A stretch of 64,000 nt of DNA from Hemiscyllium ocellatum (Eukaryota), in assembly GCF_020745735.1 (NCBI RefSeq), contig NC_083404.1, positions 80,537,731-80,601,730 of the forward strand. The letters run 5' to 3'. A program made the position numbers and the translations under genes. Positions 38,358-54,668 of the stretch are shown in pieces. Numbering within the stretch: position 1 is the first letter of the stretch; every line of letters begins with the position of its first letter. The notes under the pieces were generated by a model. It saw nothing but the letters and a program-made list of their open reading frames with translations. It was not told where the DNA came from and did not search any database.

Positions 38358-39132
38358 TTCGAACTATGTTACCATTCTGTCACTGTCACTGGACCAAAGT
38401 CATGGAACTCCATTCCATTTGAGTCACTCTAAAACTTGAAAACTTTGAATTTAGATTTTCAGGTTCTAAATTTTACTAATTTCTAATGCAGCAGAGTTCA
38501 TACTGGCCCCAGTCCATTTTACACATTTCTGCCTACAACAAATTTTGCAGCATTTATCAACAGCCAAATGCCAAGTTTAATGCCATTTCTGTTCTCAAAT
38601 TTATTAGGTGGAAAGAACATCAAATTTACAGTGCACAATAATAATGATTTAAGAATGTGAATATTTTATCTTATTTATTTGGCACAAATTAAAATCTAGC
38701 ATCAGTATAAATCTAAGTTTCCTAGTAGATCTGTATCAATCTTACAGTCATGAAGTGGGTAGCTTCCATCATGTCAAACGTATCAGGAAAAAAAAGTGAG
38801 GAAAGTTTTATTGTCAGTACAAATCAAATATTTTCACTACTTCATTAACATTGTCATCTGAATTATTTCATTTTTTGAGTCTCTAAAATGGCACAATGCA
38901 TGAAAAGTGTAAAATTGTAACCTGATATTTACATCCCTGGCAGTGTATTATTAGCTGATTGCTTTAGTTTTGGACACACTATTAAAGACATGAAGCTTGG
39001 CATTACAAAAAAGAAAAACAGCTTAGAATGGGATCAGATATTTAAACAAAATGATGTGAAGTACATCTGATTGGTATATTGCTTCAGTAAAAATAAGTAA
39101 GCATTGTCTGATAAATTTCTTGCAACAGACTA

Positions 39133-39234
<102 letters not shown>

Positions 39235-39633
39235 TTAAAACAATTCTAATCAGAACTCAAGCCACAAACACAGATGAACAGTAGTGAATCTTTTGTTGTA
39301 AAACCAACTGGTTTGTTGCTGTAGTCAAATTATGCTTTCAAGTCTCAGAATAACAATAATTCTTTCCCCCTGCATTGTTGTTTGTTCCTGTCCTGCAATA
39401 TGGTAGACCTAAAAGTCTACAACTGTTGCTACTGTTACCCCCACCTACATGACAATATGATCCAAATGGAACTATTAGAACATAATACAAACAGAGACTA
39501 TGTTTTCTATGGTTGCAGAGTATAGAATCAATGGCACATCTCAGGATATTGGGATAAGGATTCCTTTACTCAAAGGGTAGTGAACCTGTGGAGGCCTATT
39601 CCACAGAAGACTGTGAAAGCCAAGTCGGTGAAC

Positions 39634-39639
39634 ATATAC

Positions 39640-39684
<45 letters not shown>
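39634..39684. repeat. Compound (TA)n(CA)n microsatellite
   Basis: Directly visible in the sequence. Confidence 0.95.
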
Positions 39685-40233
39685 TACTCAAGAAAAAGAT
39701 AGATACATTTTAAGATTTCATAGGCATCAAAGACTATGGGGAGAAAGTAAGATAATGACACTGAGATACAAGAGAGCTAAGGTCATGCAGAATGGTGGAA
39801 CAGGCTTGAAGGACCAAACGGCCTACTTTTGCTACTAGTTTCCATGTTTAACGGACAAAAACTATGTTGGTGTGGACTTTATATAAATATTAGCAAATGC
39901 AAAACATTGCTATTCTTTAAAGTATTAGTAGAGTTGGGCCATACAGTAAGGTTAGAACTATATTCAAATAACCCAGCCATTTTTGCTCTACAATGTTAGA
40001 CAATACGAGACCTTGATCAGGACTTTTGACTTCCTACAAATTTCACAATCCATAATAGAAATCCACAGGTTTAACACCATAAAAACAATGATACAATAAC
40101 ATCAGAAGAGTAGAAAGATAGAAAACTGAAACAAAAGAAACGAAACTGCTAAAAATAAGACCTCCAAAGCTTCCACTTCAAGCACAAAGATATTCTAAAA
40201 TATCCTATCTTTCTATTCCATATAAAAACTTAC

Positions 40234-40367
40234 AACATCAGATTGAGATCGCAGATCATCAAACAGTTGCTGATATTTCATAGCTGGAGTTTTGCCTTTA
40301 GATTGAATGAACTGCTTTAAGGCTTGAGCTAACTCCTCCTTGCGTTTACGTGCAGTGGCACTCATTC
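40234..40367 (-). CDS. MCM4: MCM4 coding exon 15
   Basis: [18 protein letters not shown]...LRSQSDV|GTAAGT; 134 nt. Confidence 0.97.
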
Positions 40368-40759
40368 CTGAAACAAAATTGAAGCATGGGTTTACCACGG
40401 TATCAACTGTTTGATATTGTAATAATCTTTAAAAGTGATCATATGTCTAGATCTGTGAAGTTGGTGTGCAAAATGTGAATATAAATGAATGGAATGTTTC
40501 CATAATTCTGAAGGTTCAGTGTAGCACAATTAGGTGAACAAATTTCTTCATTATCTAACAACAGTGCACAAAAGCCTTAATCTCAGAGAAAAAAACGATC
40601 AAGGCAATACTTCAGTTTTACATGCCTAACATCATCATAGCTTTTCCAATTGATACTGTCAATTTAGGGCTAAACTTTCAAGTATTGTACTTTGTACTTG
40701 ACCATGAGGAACTGGTGAGTCTACCCTAACCTATCAGTTCAAAAGTGAAAACGCAGTAA

Positions 40760-40870
40760 GAAGTACCATCTTTCAAAAAGATGTTAAACCATGGCCCCAT
40801 CTGCCTCTCGAGTGGGTTTGTAAGATCCATGGGATTATTAGTTTGATGAATTGCAGAGAAATTCCCTAAG
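40760..40870 (+). mobile_element. Deu-domain SINE fragment
   Basis: gatgttaaaccatggccccatctgcctctc..gtgg...aagatccatgg resembles the recalled Deu domain. Confidence 0.5.
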
Positions 40871-41097
40871 ACTAGATTCAAATGAGATATTAAACAATGG
40901 ACAGCACTATGCTATCCAAATTACATATCATGTCCCTTCAGTTTTGAAAAATAACATTCTACCACAAATACATTTTCAGTAAATTGTGGAATCTAGTCAT
41001 GAACACAACTGTAGGACTAAAACTTCCATTTTCTTTCATGTATTATATATACTGTCCCAACTTCCTAAACATGACTTCCAAAATGAAAAATTATTAC

Positions 41098-41326
41098 CTG
41101 TAGTAAGAATAGATATATCTACAATTCCAGTTCTTGGGTCAGTCGCAGACTGTTTCAGAGCTTCCCGGTGAAGGCGTTTTGCCTCTTCTACATCAATATT
41201 TTCCACTTTTTCAGAAAACCGCACTTTGGCATAAGCTTCTGCCAGACGTATCAGTGACTCCAATTGTCGGGGATATGCTGAGACCATACCTCTACCGCTG
41301 CCAACTTTCCTCATGTCCACGTAAGC
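41098..41326 (-). CDS. MCM4: MCM4 coding exon 14
   Basis: [31 protein letters not shown]...DISILTT; 229 nt. Confidence 0.97.
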
Positions 41327-41423
41327 CTTGAACATTAAAGCAAGCAATAGCACAGAAAGCACTAGATGAAACGACCCATTTTGAAATAAATATTTAGTAG
41401 CAAAGCAAGAACAAAGTTCTTAC

Positions 41424-41631
41424 CTCAATCAGCGATTGACTGGCTTCCTCACTAAGTTTAGGGTGAATATAAGTGCGGCCATAGGCAATATAATCTCTGA
41501 GCATTGCCATATCCAGGTATTCTTCTTTCATTTCCTCTTCGCTTTGATAGTAAAGGGAAACCAAGTGATGGGCAAGACGTCGATCATAAGCTTCATCTTG
41601 TGGGTCCAACATAAGGAAGATCAAGTCAAAT
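41424..41631 (-). CDS. MCM4: MCM4 coding exon 13
   Basis: [24 protein letters not shown]...SLIE; 208 nt. Confidence 0.97.
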
Positions 41632-41852
41632 CTAGAAGTATAACCAACATGCTTACAACATTGTTACCAGCACAAAATAGATTTGATAATTCCAGGTAGA
41701 ACATGGGAACTAGCAATTGATAGGATTTAGATCTTGACTACAGAAATATTTTAGTTTTATAGTCGAGAGCAATCATTGCAAAAATTCAATAGGTGAGACA
41801 GCAACTGAAAAACATGGTTAATCATTTTAAGTCTATGACTTAATTTATCCTA

Positions 41853-41981
<129 letters not shown>

Positions 41982-42231
41982 CTAAAAAGGTACAGTTTGA
42001 AGGATTTAATTTAGAAGAAAGCATTTCAGAACCGCCCAAATATCAAGAAGGCAATTTGTACAGAGTAGTTTTATTTCATTTCCGCACAAACTTGCAAAAA
42101 CAGTCACCAAAACAGAGGGAAAAAAACTGATTTATAACTTAACAGAAGCAAGAACCATACAATGTAGAAAGATAGAACCATGTCTATTCATTGAACTCAC
42201 ATTTTCACATGCTGGTTGCATATTTATTTCA

Positions 42232-43927
<1,696 letters not shown>

Positions 43928-45432
43928 TACATGAAGTTATCATTAGATGCACAACACTATGTACAAGGATGAAATAACTGACCTAAGAAATGTTGGTATT
44001 TTATTCAAAGAAAGCAGGGTAGACATAAACTATAACCAAGTTGTGGGGTGATTCTGGAAACTCAAATATCTAGTGCCATGACATAATGGGAAACATACAA
44101 GACACCATGACAATTTTCTAAGTTCACACTTTACTGGCAGAAATGGAGTGGAGATTTTGACTATTGCATTGGATTAAAAAAAACTTTACAAAATAAAACT
44201 AACCCAGAGTTGATGTTTGCCAATATTTATAGCTCCTAGAGTAGTTGAATGCTGAACGTGTGGAAAAAGGAAAGGTAGGGAGTAAGGAGAATGGAAATGT
44301 AGCACAGATGTACTTTCAAATTTATTCACAACATAAATAAACAAAGAGTAAGTAGTGATGATTCCCACTTGCTGACTGTGGGAACCTGTTATGTGATTAT
44401 GAGGATTTTAAAAGTACTCAGTTGGCTGTATTGCAGTATAAGATGCCTACAGAATGTTCAAAGAACTGCATGAATTCAGTTTGTAGATCCCAGCAGCAAT
44501 GGGAAAAATGCTCTGCCAGTTTGAGCACAAAACCAGTAATTGTTTTACTGTAGTAAGCACATACATACAAGTAACCTTTGAAAGGCAACGCATGAGAAAG
44601 TTCGACAATAAGAAGGACACATGGGTCCAGAAGTTCTAGTCAGGTGTGAAAATATCATTTCTGACCTTGACTAGATTAAAAAAATATGCATTTATATTTT
44701 AATCATTTCTTTGCTGCAGACAGGGGCCAATTATAAATCTGACCAGGAATCCTTGAATCTAGCAGTGAAGAGGATCATTATAGAAAACCACATCGCTTTC
44801 TACAGCACTGAGAGCTATATTATGAAATTTAAATGTCCAGCAGACACTATGAAAGCTGCAATGAACGGGTCAGAATGAAAGTTGTGTGGGAACAGGGTAA
44901 GGGGGACCTGGGAGTAGAAAGGCAAGTACATGAGGGGTTAGGTTAGGGGAGTTAAATGAATGATTACTTAGTATAGATCAGGTGGTTGAGAGAATTCAGA
45001 TGGGTTGTAGAGAGATGTCACACTGAGGGTTTGTGGGGTAGGGGTTGGGGGTAGAGAAGCTGCTTGTCAATAGCGAGTCGAGTTTCACTTCAACAATTAA
45101 CTGAGTTGGAATAGGTTTTTAAGCCTCTAACTGTTCCTTGGTTACTATTAATCTTGAAGTGAGTTGGAACTTCTGAATTCTCACATTTTAAAGGGGCTTT
45201 TTTGAAGGATTCCAGATGTAGTGGAATTGTGTGACAGAACTTTCAATTTCCCAGTTAATTCCCAGAGTTAGTTGCATTGAGGTATCTGAATGGTCCAAAG
45301 GCACAGCCGCCTCAAAGCATGAAGAAATGATTACTTGGGTCATTGAAACGTCTTGGCCATGTTGCTTTATAATTGTTATGAATGTCATAAAATAGGACAT
45401 TATAAAGATATGTTCAAAGAGCTACAGTATAC

Positions 45433-45692
45433 CTTTTTGATATCTTCATGCTCATAAATACTAGGAGCCAAAGCAGCTGAAAGTCGTTCATAGATGTCGG
45501 GCTTTTTAGAAAGCTCTTTCAGCATTTCAGTACGCTCCTCTGTGAACAGTTTCTGTTCCTTTTCTTCTTCAAGTCCATGAAGTCGTTTCTCATCAGTTTT
45601 GTGAAAGTGAATAACGTCAATATGAGTCTTATACACTGATTTCACATTGCTAACTCTGGGATTCACACGGATAGGTACAGCTCTGTAGATAC
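45433..45692 (-). CDS. MCM4: MCM4 coding exon 10
   Basis: [30 protein letters not shown]...[12 protein letters not shown]; 260 nt. Confidence 0.97.
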
Positions 45693-45859
45693 CTGGATAA
45701 AGCAAAAAAAAATTCACACGTAAAGTACTCCAGATCTTCTTAAAATGTAAATCATCAGCTACCCATTGAATGCGTTTGAAAACGCAAGGTTTAATTTTAT
45801 ATCTCGAAATTAAGTTACATTTGTTGTTTTAACCCCTTAAAATAAAGTCCATCAGATTA

Positions 45860-46036
<177 letters not shown>

Positions 46037-46396
46037 TTAGTTTATTAACCCAGCAATGGCAGCTGCACAGTTGTATTTCTGAAGTAAACACAGCTGGTAT
46101 ATCTGAAGGAATCATCTTTTGTTTTACTTGATCTGAAGTTCCTCTACTCTATATGTTATGCTACAACCTGCCCCGAAATCCCCTTCAACCTTGAATCAGT
46201 TATTATGTATATCATTAGTAGACCTAGATGATTAGTTCTACAGGAAAGTATGCAGCCTATTGTTCAACATCTCGTTGATTGCAGTCAAGTGTGCAAAATT
46301 ATCATGTGGGCTTAATTTGTACCACAGAATAATGAAAATAAGAGTTGAGTTAATTCCATGATATTGTCTCGACTATCATCAACTGTCCAATACTTA

Positions 46397-46700
46397 AGAG
46401 TCGTAGAGCTGTACAGCACGGAAACAGACCCTTTGGTCCAACCTGACCAGGTATCCTAAACTGATCTCATCTCATCTGCCAGTATTTGGCTCATATCCCT
46501 CTAAACCTTGCCTATTCATATATCAATGCAGGTGCCTTTTAAATGTTGTAATTGTACCATCCCCTCACTACTTCCTGGGGCAGCTCATTGCATATACGCA
46601 CTACCCTTGCGTGAAAAAGTTACCCTTAGGTCCCTTTTAAATCTTTGCCCTCAAGTTTTGGACTCCACTACCCTAGGGAAAAAGACATTGGCTGTTCACC
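46397..46700 (-). mobile_element. CR1 LINE 3' end
   Basis: Same 3' UTR as the 42688 copy. Confidence 0.85.
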
Positions 46701-46824
46701 CCATGATTGATGATTGGAAGTACTGCTTTGCACTTAGGAGAAAAGATTCAGTTGCAACCCAATTACTTAGCAGTAATTGTACACCTGCATTAAAGGATGC
46801 TTGTATTTCTGAAGAATAACATAC

Positions 46825-47045
46825 CATCTGTTTATCTGAAAATACAGAACGGTTGTGGATCAGAGCCATACTGTGTGTGGTGTTGCAGTTCTTGCACACA
46901 GATGGTTCAGCAATCCGTCCACGATCAACTTCCACCCTTGTGCAAAAAGCACACACTTGACAGCTGAAGAATGCTTCTTGCATCTCAGGAATCAGTTGAG
47001 AAGTTCTGATCACCATGCCACTGACTGTAATTAATTGATCAATAT
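46825..47045 (-). CDS. MCM4: MCM4 coding exon 8 (zinc finger)
   Basis: [31 protein letters not shown]...CKNC...SDKQM; 221 nt. Confidence 0.97.
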
Positions 47046-47237
47046 CTGCAAGGAAAAGACCAAACAATATTTTGCATTATTTTAAACTTAGACCAGGACG
47101 AAAAATTCTGATTTTCAAAAATTTCTTGCAGATGCCTTTCAAAAAATTTTAAATTGTTCAAATGAACATTAACATAAAATAAAAGAGAGATTTACAAACT
47201 AAATCCAGTTTGCTTTTAGCTTAGCAGCAAAACTTAC

Positions 47238-47376
47238 CTTCTGGATTCAGACTTCTCATATTTTTGGTTCTCAAAGCATTGTATGGTCGCACTTGGATTT
47301 GATGCTCCAGTAGAGAATCAGGGAATCGCTCAAAGAAAAGCTCATTGACAGCCATATCAAAAGTGGGAATCACTTC
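47238..47376 (-). CDS. MCM4: MCM4 coding exon 7
   Basis: [46 protein letters not shown]; 139 nt. Confidence 0.97.
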
Positions 47377-47491
47377 CTAAATATTTTAAAGATATTAATT
47401 AGCTTCAAAGCACCAATTAACATATTTTAAAGTTTTAACTTTTTAAAACCGATGATTCTGAAGTAATTACTTTCCATATAATGTACATTAC

Positions 47492-47587
47492 CTGTGGATA
47501 ACAAATCAGCTGCCTGTATAATTCAGGATCAAATGTTCTCAAATGAGAAGAGTTCACATTCAGAAATGGCTCTCCCACCAAGTTCAT
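47492..47587 (-). CDS. MCM4: MCM4 coding exon 6
   Basis: [32 protein letters not shown]; 96 nt. Confidence 0.96.
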
Positions 47588-47691
47588 CTACAATAAAAGC
47601 ACAAAGTCAAATCTTGTAGCACTGCATGAAATTATGTTGGGGAAAAAAAAGTAATAGGTAAATTAGCAAGTGTGGTAAAGATATACAATAC

Positions 47692-47787
47692 CTCTGCAAG
47701 TCGTTGCATGTAAAGTGGTTCATTTATGTCTATGCCTACAGCTTCCTCTTCTTTAGCAGAAGGATCAATAAACCGCTGAAGGAACCT
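47692..47787 (-). CDS. MCM4: MCM4 coding exon 5
   Basis: [32 protein letters not shown]; 96 nt. Confidence 0.96.
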
Positions 47788-49118
47788 CTGAAAAACAGTA
47801 CAAGGATTACTTTATCATTTGGATTATTATGGAAACAACACATCTCAACACTCATTTAATTCTGCCACCTTATCAATCTAAACTGAACAATTGCTGACTG
47901 ATCATTTTACTCTTCACCAATTACTTCTTTACTCTTCAATTACTAGGGGTCACGCATTCAAGGGGAGGAGGGGAGAAATTTCAGGGAGATATTTACACAG
48001 AGGATGGTGGGTGCCTGGAACATATTGCAAGTGGAGGTGGTAGGGGTCGGCACGATAGTGTCATTTAAGATGTATCTAGGCAGATACATGAATGAGCAGG
48101 GAGCAGAAGGATACCGATCCCTCTGTACTAGATAGAGGATCTGGATTGGCGCAGGCTTGGAGGGCCGAAGGACCCGTTCCTGTGATATAATTTTATTTGT
48201 TCTTGTTCTTTGTGCCATCAGCAAAATCGTAGAAGGAACTGCCATCAGGTCTATCAAGCAGTATTTATATAGCAGGATCCACTAGATTTCTGATCTCATG
48301 ACTGCCTTGGTCCAAACATGCTCAACAAAAGCTGAATTTCAGAGGTGAGGCACGAGTGACTGTTCTTGACAGCAAAGTTGCATTTGACCGATTATGGCAT
48401 CAAGGAGCCCAAGCTGAACTAGACTCAATGGGAATCGGGGGAACCTCTACTGTTGGAGCCGTACCTACTCAAAGGAAAATGGTTGCAATTGTTGCATCTC
48501 AGCTTCAGGACATCTCTGCAGCAGTTCCTCAACGTAATCTCTTAGGCGCAACCATCTTCTGCTGCTTCATCAACCATCTTCAATCCATCTGAAGGTTAGA
48601 GGTGGGGATTTTCGCTGATGTTTGCACAATGTTCAGCATGATTCATGATTCCTCAAATACTGAAACAGTCCAGGACTATATGCAGCAAGACTTGAACAAT
48701 ATCCAGGCTTGAGTTGGTAAGTGTCAGTAACACCTGTGCTACACAATTGCAAGTAAGAGGGAACCTAGTTGTCATCCTTGACATTCAATGGTATTAACAC
48801 CTCTCAAAATTCCATTATCAATATTCTGGAGGTTCCAGAGACCAGAAATTGAACTGGACCAGTAGTTTAAATACTGAGGCTGCAAAACCAAGTCAGAGGC
48901 TGTCGCAAATATCGTAGAAGGAACTGTCATCTTCTAATTTCCCAAAGTCTATCCTATAATCTACAAGGCACAAGGAATACTTTCACTGCCTAAAGAAAAT
49001 TCAGCTCCAACATTTGAGAGAAAGCAACCGACTTGATTAGGTTCCTATCTGTCATCTTGCATATTCACCATGCACCCATTGTCAATAAAACACACTGCTT
49101 CACTAATTTTCTTTTCAC

Positions 49119-49330
49119 TAGATTAGATTCCCTACACTGGGGAAACAGGACATTTGGCCCAAAAAGTCCACACCAACCCTCCAAAGATTAACTCACCCAG
49201 GCCCATTACCCTACTCCCTACTAATGCACCTACCACTACGGGCAATTTAGCCTGGCCAATTCACCTGACCCGCACATCTTTGGACTGTGGGAGGAAACCG
49301 GAGCACCCAGAGGAAACCCACGCAGACAGT
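49119..49330 (-). mobile_element. tRNA-derived SINE fragment (HE1-like)
   Basis: Reverse complement of the 3' half of 31151-31460. Confidence 0.8.
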
Positions 49331-49834
49331 CGGCTGAGGCTGGAATTTTGGGGAGGGAAATCTGTTGTCTTCACCTGGTGTCGCCTTATTCGACTCCAGA
49401 TCCACAGCAACGTAGTTGACTCTGAAGTGACCTCTGAAATGGTCGAGAGAGCCAATGATTTCAAGAGCAATGAAAGCTGGGAGCTCTCATCCCGTACAAG
49501 AATAAAGAGTAAAGGAAAATTAAAAAAATCAAGTGCTTTATTTTGTCACAAAAGGCCAGATGTGCTCCATATATTCTTGACATTTATCTTGGTTTAAGGA
49601 AATTATTGAATTCTCAGTCTGAATGGCAAGCTTAGAGACCTGTGTGTGCGTGCATGGTTTATCTAAAGGTTGTTGATTCAATTCAATAATGCCATTTTGC
49701 AACAAGCTGAGGATAATGAAGCATTGTCTCCAAATGAGTTCAGAAGAAGAACAGCTATTTTAAGAATAAATGCAAACAGCGTGTTTGCAAAGTGTGTCAG
49801 CAAAAATAAACCAATAATTTTTTTTGAAACTGAC

Positions 49835-49936
49835 CTGGAACTTTTCTTTGCATGCAGTTACATTGACGTCTGTTCCCCAGATTACTAATTTCTGACCAAG
49901 GGATTGCTCACTGGTCACAACATCATCTGCTGAAGG
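49835..49936 (-). CDS. MCM4: MCM4 coding exon 4
   Basis: [34 protein letters not shown]; 102 nt. Confidence 0.96.
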
Positions 49937-50056
49937 CTGTAAATAAGAGATCAAACGTTTAAGGACAACTGTTAACAATAAATTTACTTATTAAAAATAA
50001 AATACATATATATAAATGAATTCACAGATAACTGATGAATCTGCTTAACTTCCTAC

Positions 50057-50217
50057 CTGGTCTGCATGCAAATCAACCTGACGGACCTTACGTGCAGACC
50101 CAAGATCAGGACGCTGGCGTATAGGTGTCCCCCGTACACCACTGCGGGGTGTGCCTTCAACTCTCGAGCTCGGCGTGCCATAGGTCAAAGGTGAGCTTAT
50201 GTCAAAATCACTGGCAG
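50057..50217 (-). CDS. MCM4: MCM4 coding exon 3
   Basis: [53 protein letters not shown]; 161 nt. Confidence 0.95.
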
Positions 50218-50623
50218 CTGGGGGACAACAAAATATTTTGACAGGTATTCCAAGAAAGTGACTAAATACACAAGCAAACATGTACATTTTTTTAAAACAT
50301 TCTGGTATAGACCAGGTTAAAATGCATCAAATGCACCAACTCCATTTTCAAACAATAATACACCAAAAGCTAGAGTCAATGCAATAAGATTAGCATTCAG
50401 CCTCACAAAACAGAATTTATCAGAGAGAGAGATTGAATGCAAAACGTACAGATGCTTAAAGTAAAACTGATACTTATTTGGTGGTACATTCACATCATCC
50501 TCTGTTCTGAGTGGGTAACAAAACAAGACCACAATATCTACTACAACTGTTGAAGACATAGTCCACACTCTTGTTAAGTATTTGAATTGTTGGCAAGTTT
50601 ACACTACATGAAAAACAACAAAC

Positions 50624-50791
50624 CTGAATGGCGTGACCGTGCTGGGCTAGATAAGAAGGATGATTCCTGCACACGTAGGCTCTGAGCATCTGCTGCTGGA
50701 GAGGTTGGCATTGGCTGCAGATCCCCAGTGGATGTAGACTCATCCAATCGTTGTCTTTGTGATGGTGGAGACTGTACTCCATCACTACGAG
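50624..50791 (-). CDS. MCM4: MCM4 coding exon 2
   Basis: RSDGVQSPPSQRQRLDESTSTGDLQPMPTSPAADAQ...SSPARSRHS; 168 nt, phase 1/1. Confidence 0.92.
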
Positions 50792-51380
50792 CTGATTAAA
50801 AGTTGCCATTAATATCAAATCATTTTAGCATTCTCCATAACACTTTATCGAAAATACAAGTAACATAATTCGAGTTCCCGTATGACATAAACAATAAAAA
50901 AAGGCAAGGTTTTCAGAGTTCAAATCAGGAGTACCATAACTTGGTGTTTGCTTAGACATTAAATATTTTACAGAACTGTAATGTAATACAAGATTGACAG
51001 TTTATCATGATGAACCTCTAATATGTTCAAGATATCAAGTTATTAGAAATAAATAATTCTTGCCTCTTATCCAGCTAGTAACCATCATTAACATAATATC
51101 TGTATATCAGTGTTCCATGAAACATTATCTTGAAATAAATGCGGATGTGGTAAACTAGCTAATTTGCTGTTTTACATATTTTAATGAAATTGACATCTCA
51201 ATGTTCACATGTTTATCTAATCTGAACTAAAATATTTAAACTATTTTTGTTCAAAAACAATAACTAAAACTGTGGATGTATCAGTAGGCTATTTTGTACC
51301 CAATAAAATAGAATGGCTTGGAGGAAATTTGCCATAGCTTGAATAGATCCTAATTTACATTTATGCTTCAGTGAACTTAC

Positions 51381-51450
51381 ATGTGGGGGGATTATTGCCC
51401 CTCCCACGCTTCCCCCCTTTACGACTTGGTGTCGATGTTGGTGAAGACAT
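51381..51450 (-). CDS. MCM4: MCM4 coding exon 1 (exon starts at 51458)
   Basis: ttcttAG|tgataacgATG, MSSPTSTPSRKGGKRGRGNNPPT|GTAAGT; the summed CDS is 2592 nt = 863 aa. Confidence 0.95.
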
Positions 51451-54400
51451 CGTTATCACTAAGAACAGAAAAAAATACACAAACATTTACTGCTGAATTC
51501 AACATAAACATGTTTATGACAGAAATTATCAAAATACTTATGCCATCTTATGAATACTCTTAACACAAATTCTATGTTAACATAATGAATTTGTCATCCA
51601 TGAGACATTCCATTTCTCAATTCTTCCAAGAGAAGAAAAATGAAAAACAATGTTACTTGCTGTTTATTGAACATACTCACCATTCTGTTCTCTAAGACTA
51701 CCAAGCTATAACAGCAGGCCTCTTGATTTTTTTTAAACAGCCCTCAGATTTTATTAGAGGAACATTTATGCTTAGAGATTTGCAGGCTACTTAAATAACT
51801 TGATGCCATACAGAAGTACAACATATAACCTCTCAGTACAGCTTATACATTATGTGAAATTGTGAATGTAATGTTAAAAAGCTAATGTGATCATTCTCTT
51901 CAGCTGCTTGAGAAACAAGGACATTGAAACATTGGAAAGTAGCTCCACTAAAAGTATTTCCACAGCTGAAATTATGAAGAGTTGAGAAATATGGAGGCTT
52001 GAGAATGCAAGTGTAGCAACTGTACAGTGATCTAACACCAGTATGCAAGCTAGCTGACAACATAGAAAAGGTTCACCGTAAATACTCATTTAAATTAAAC
52101 TATGACAATAATCTAAGCTCAAGCTAGTAAAAAGGGAACATGAGGGCTTTTCCCAGGAGATTCCTTAAACAAAAATTCATCAACTTGTGCAAGGGATTTA
52201 TGGTCAGTGAAGTGGAAGAACAACACCATAAAATGGAGGCAAAGAGGTCAATCATTCAGCTCATTGAACCTCTAGAGCACTCTTCAGTAAAGAATTCCAG
52301 ATTCACTACCTGCTGGAAGAAGAAAATCCTTCTCTGTACCCTAATTGAGTAACCCCTTATTCTAACATTATTGCCCCTGGTCTTCGACTACAGAAATAAA
52401 GAGATTAAGTGCTCGGCACAAGTGTGCTAAGACTGTGAATTTGTGAAAGGGAGAATGATTTAAGGTTTAACCTTGCCAAAAATAGCTTGCCAGCACTCTA
52501 GCATTTTACTTATTGCTTATGCTGTGGAGCAGGTGAGCATTTCTACTATGTATTTTTAAAAGTAAAAATTGGTCTTTAGATTGTGAGTGTTTAGATTGGA
52601 AGGAATAAGGCAAGGTACAGAGTATGTATTTAATATCCTTTGACCCAGAGAAAATGAGCATAAAGACAGCAATCTAAGGACAAGTCATGATAAGGTGGGA
52701 TGTTCCTCCTGTGCCATGTGCAACATCAGGGACACTTCCAGTGTGCAGGGTGACCATGTGTAGGTTGTGTATCCAGCTGCAGCCAGTAGAAATTTGTGGT
52801 TTGGATCTGGAGCAACACCTTGGGTATCTGAAAAGCTGAGATATAGTGGTAACACATACAATGAGGTGGTCACACCTTGTGTAAAGAGTGCAGAGGCAGA
52901 AAATAAATGTGAGATCACCACTCAGACTAAAAAACACCATGCAGTTTATGTCAGAGGACCTTGAGACTACTTCTGTCGAACAAATTGCGGATATTGTTGG
53001 GGGAAGAAAGATTTTCAGTGGAATGCAGTGACATCTAAGTCAATGACACCAGAATTGGGTAAAAAAAACAAGGAAATGACAGATCAATTGAACAACTATT
53101 TTAATTGCATTTGCACAGAAGACAACACAAATAATGATCCAGAAATTGGATGCAGTGCATTTCAATATTCCTATATAAAAGGCTGATGTATGTAATCAAA
53201 GTACATGAGGTTTGTGGTAATATACTGAAGTGGAATTAGAGTTGGTTAGCATGCAGGAAACAGTAGGAATAAATGGGTTGGTTTTGGAGAGAAAGGCAGT
53301 GACAAAAGAAGATACCACAGTTATCAATGTTGGGCCTTAACTATGCAAGACATGTATCAACAATTTGGGTGAAAGAATCATGTTGTGGCTGTACAAGACA
53401 TTGGTTAGGCCACCTTTGGAATATTGTATGCAATTCTAGTCTCCCTCGAATAGGAAGAATGTTGTGAAACTTGAAAGGGTTCAGAAAAAATTTAGTAATG
53501 TTGCCAGGGTTGGAGGGTTTGAGCTGTAGGGAGAGGCTGAAAGGTCTGGGGCTGTTTTCTCTGGAACGTCAGAGGCTGAGGGGTGACCTTTTAGAGATTT
53601 ATAAAATCATGAGGGGTATGGATAGCATAAAATGACAAAGTCTCTTCCCTAGGTTGGGGGAGCCGAGAACATGGGCTTAAGTTTAGGATGAGGGGGAAAG
53701 ATTTAAGAATCAAAGGGACAACTTTGTCACGCAAAGATTGGTGTGTGTAGGGAATGAGCTGCCAGAGGAAGTGGAGGAGGCTGGTACAATTACAGCATTT
53801 AAAAGTCACCTGGATGGGTAGGTGAGTAGGGAAAGTTTACCGGGATATGGGCCAAGTGCTGGCAAATGGGACTGGATTAATTTAGGAGATCTGGTCGGCA
53901 TGGACAAGTTGGACTGAACGGTCTGTTTCCATGCTGTACATCTCTATGACTAATATAGCCTAGTTTACTGACAACGTAAAACTAGGTGAGATTACAAGTG
54001 CTAAGGTCGATGGATACAGGCTTCAGAGCAATTTAGACAAGTTGAGCGAATGGGCAAATGCATGAATGAGTGTGAAGTTGTCCACTTTTGTCACAAAAAC
54101 AATTGAAAATATTATTTAAATGATACATGAGGAAGAGCTAACATAAAAAGGGATCTTGGTATCCTTGTTCATTGGCGATTCAGGTCAGCAAACAGTTACA
54201 AAGGTGAACATGATGTTGGTGTTACTGCGAGATGATGAGCATCTAGGAGCAAGGAAGTGTAACTGTAGCTGTACAAGGCCTCAGTGAGCCCAGTTGGATT
54301 AGCTGCGCAATTTTAGTCTCTGTGCCTAAGAATATAATTGCCTGGGAGAATACAGTTAAGGTTCACCAGTTTGATTTCCTGCCAGGACAGGTATGTTGTA

Positions 54401-54543
54401 TGATGAGAGTATGGGGGTCAGGTGGGTCCATATTTATTAGAGTTCAAAAGAAATGAGAGGGGTACAAATTTCACATGGGACTAAATAGATCAGATGCAAG
54501 AATGACATTTCCCCAGACCAGGGTATTCGGAACAAAAAGGTCA

Positions 54544-54668
54544 AAACAATGACTGCAGATGCTGGAAACCAGATTCTGGATCAGTGGTGCTGGAAGAGCA
54601 CAGCAGTTCAGGCAGCATCCAAAGTGCAGCGAAATTGACGTTTCGGGCAAAAGCCCTTCATCAGGAAT
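54544..54668 (-). mobile_element. PLE 3'-end mini-insertion (family A variant) beginning at its hammerhead
   Basis: Hammerhead, then ggatgctgcctga..tgctgtgctcttccagca body, then ccagcatctgcagtc tail. Confidence 0.8.
54633..54668 (-). ncRNA. Minimal hammerhead motif, core intact, stem I weakened
   Basis: auuc-CUGAUGA-a-gggc(uuuu)gccc-GAAA-CG-UC-aauu. Confidence 0.65.
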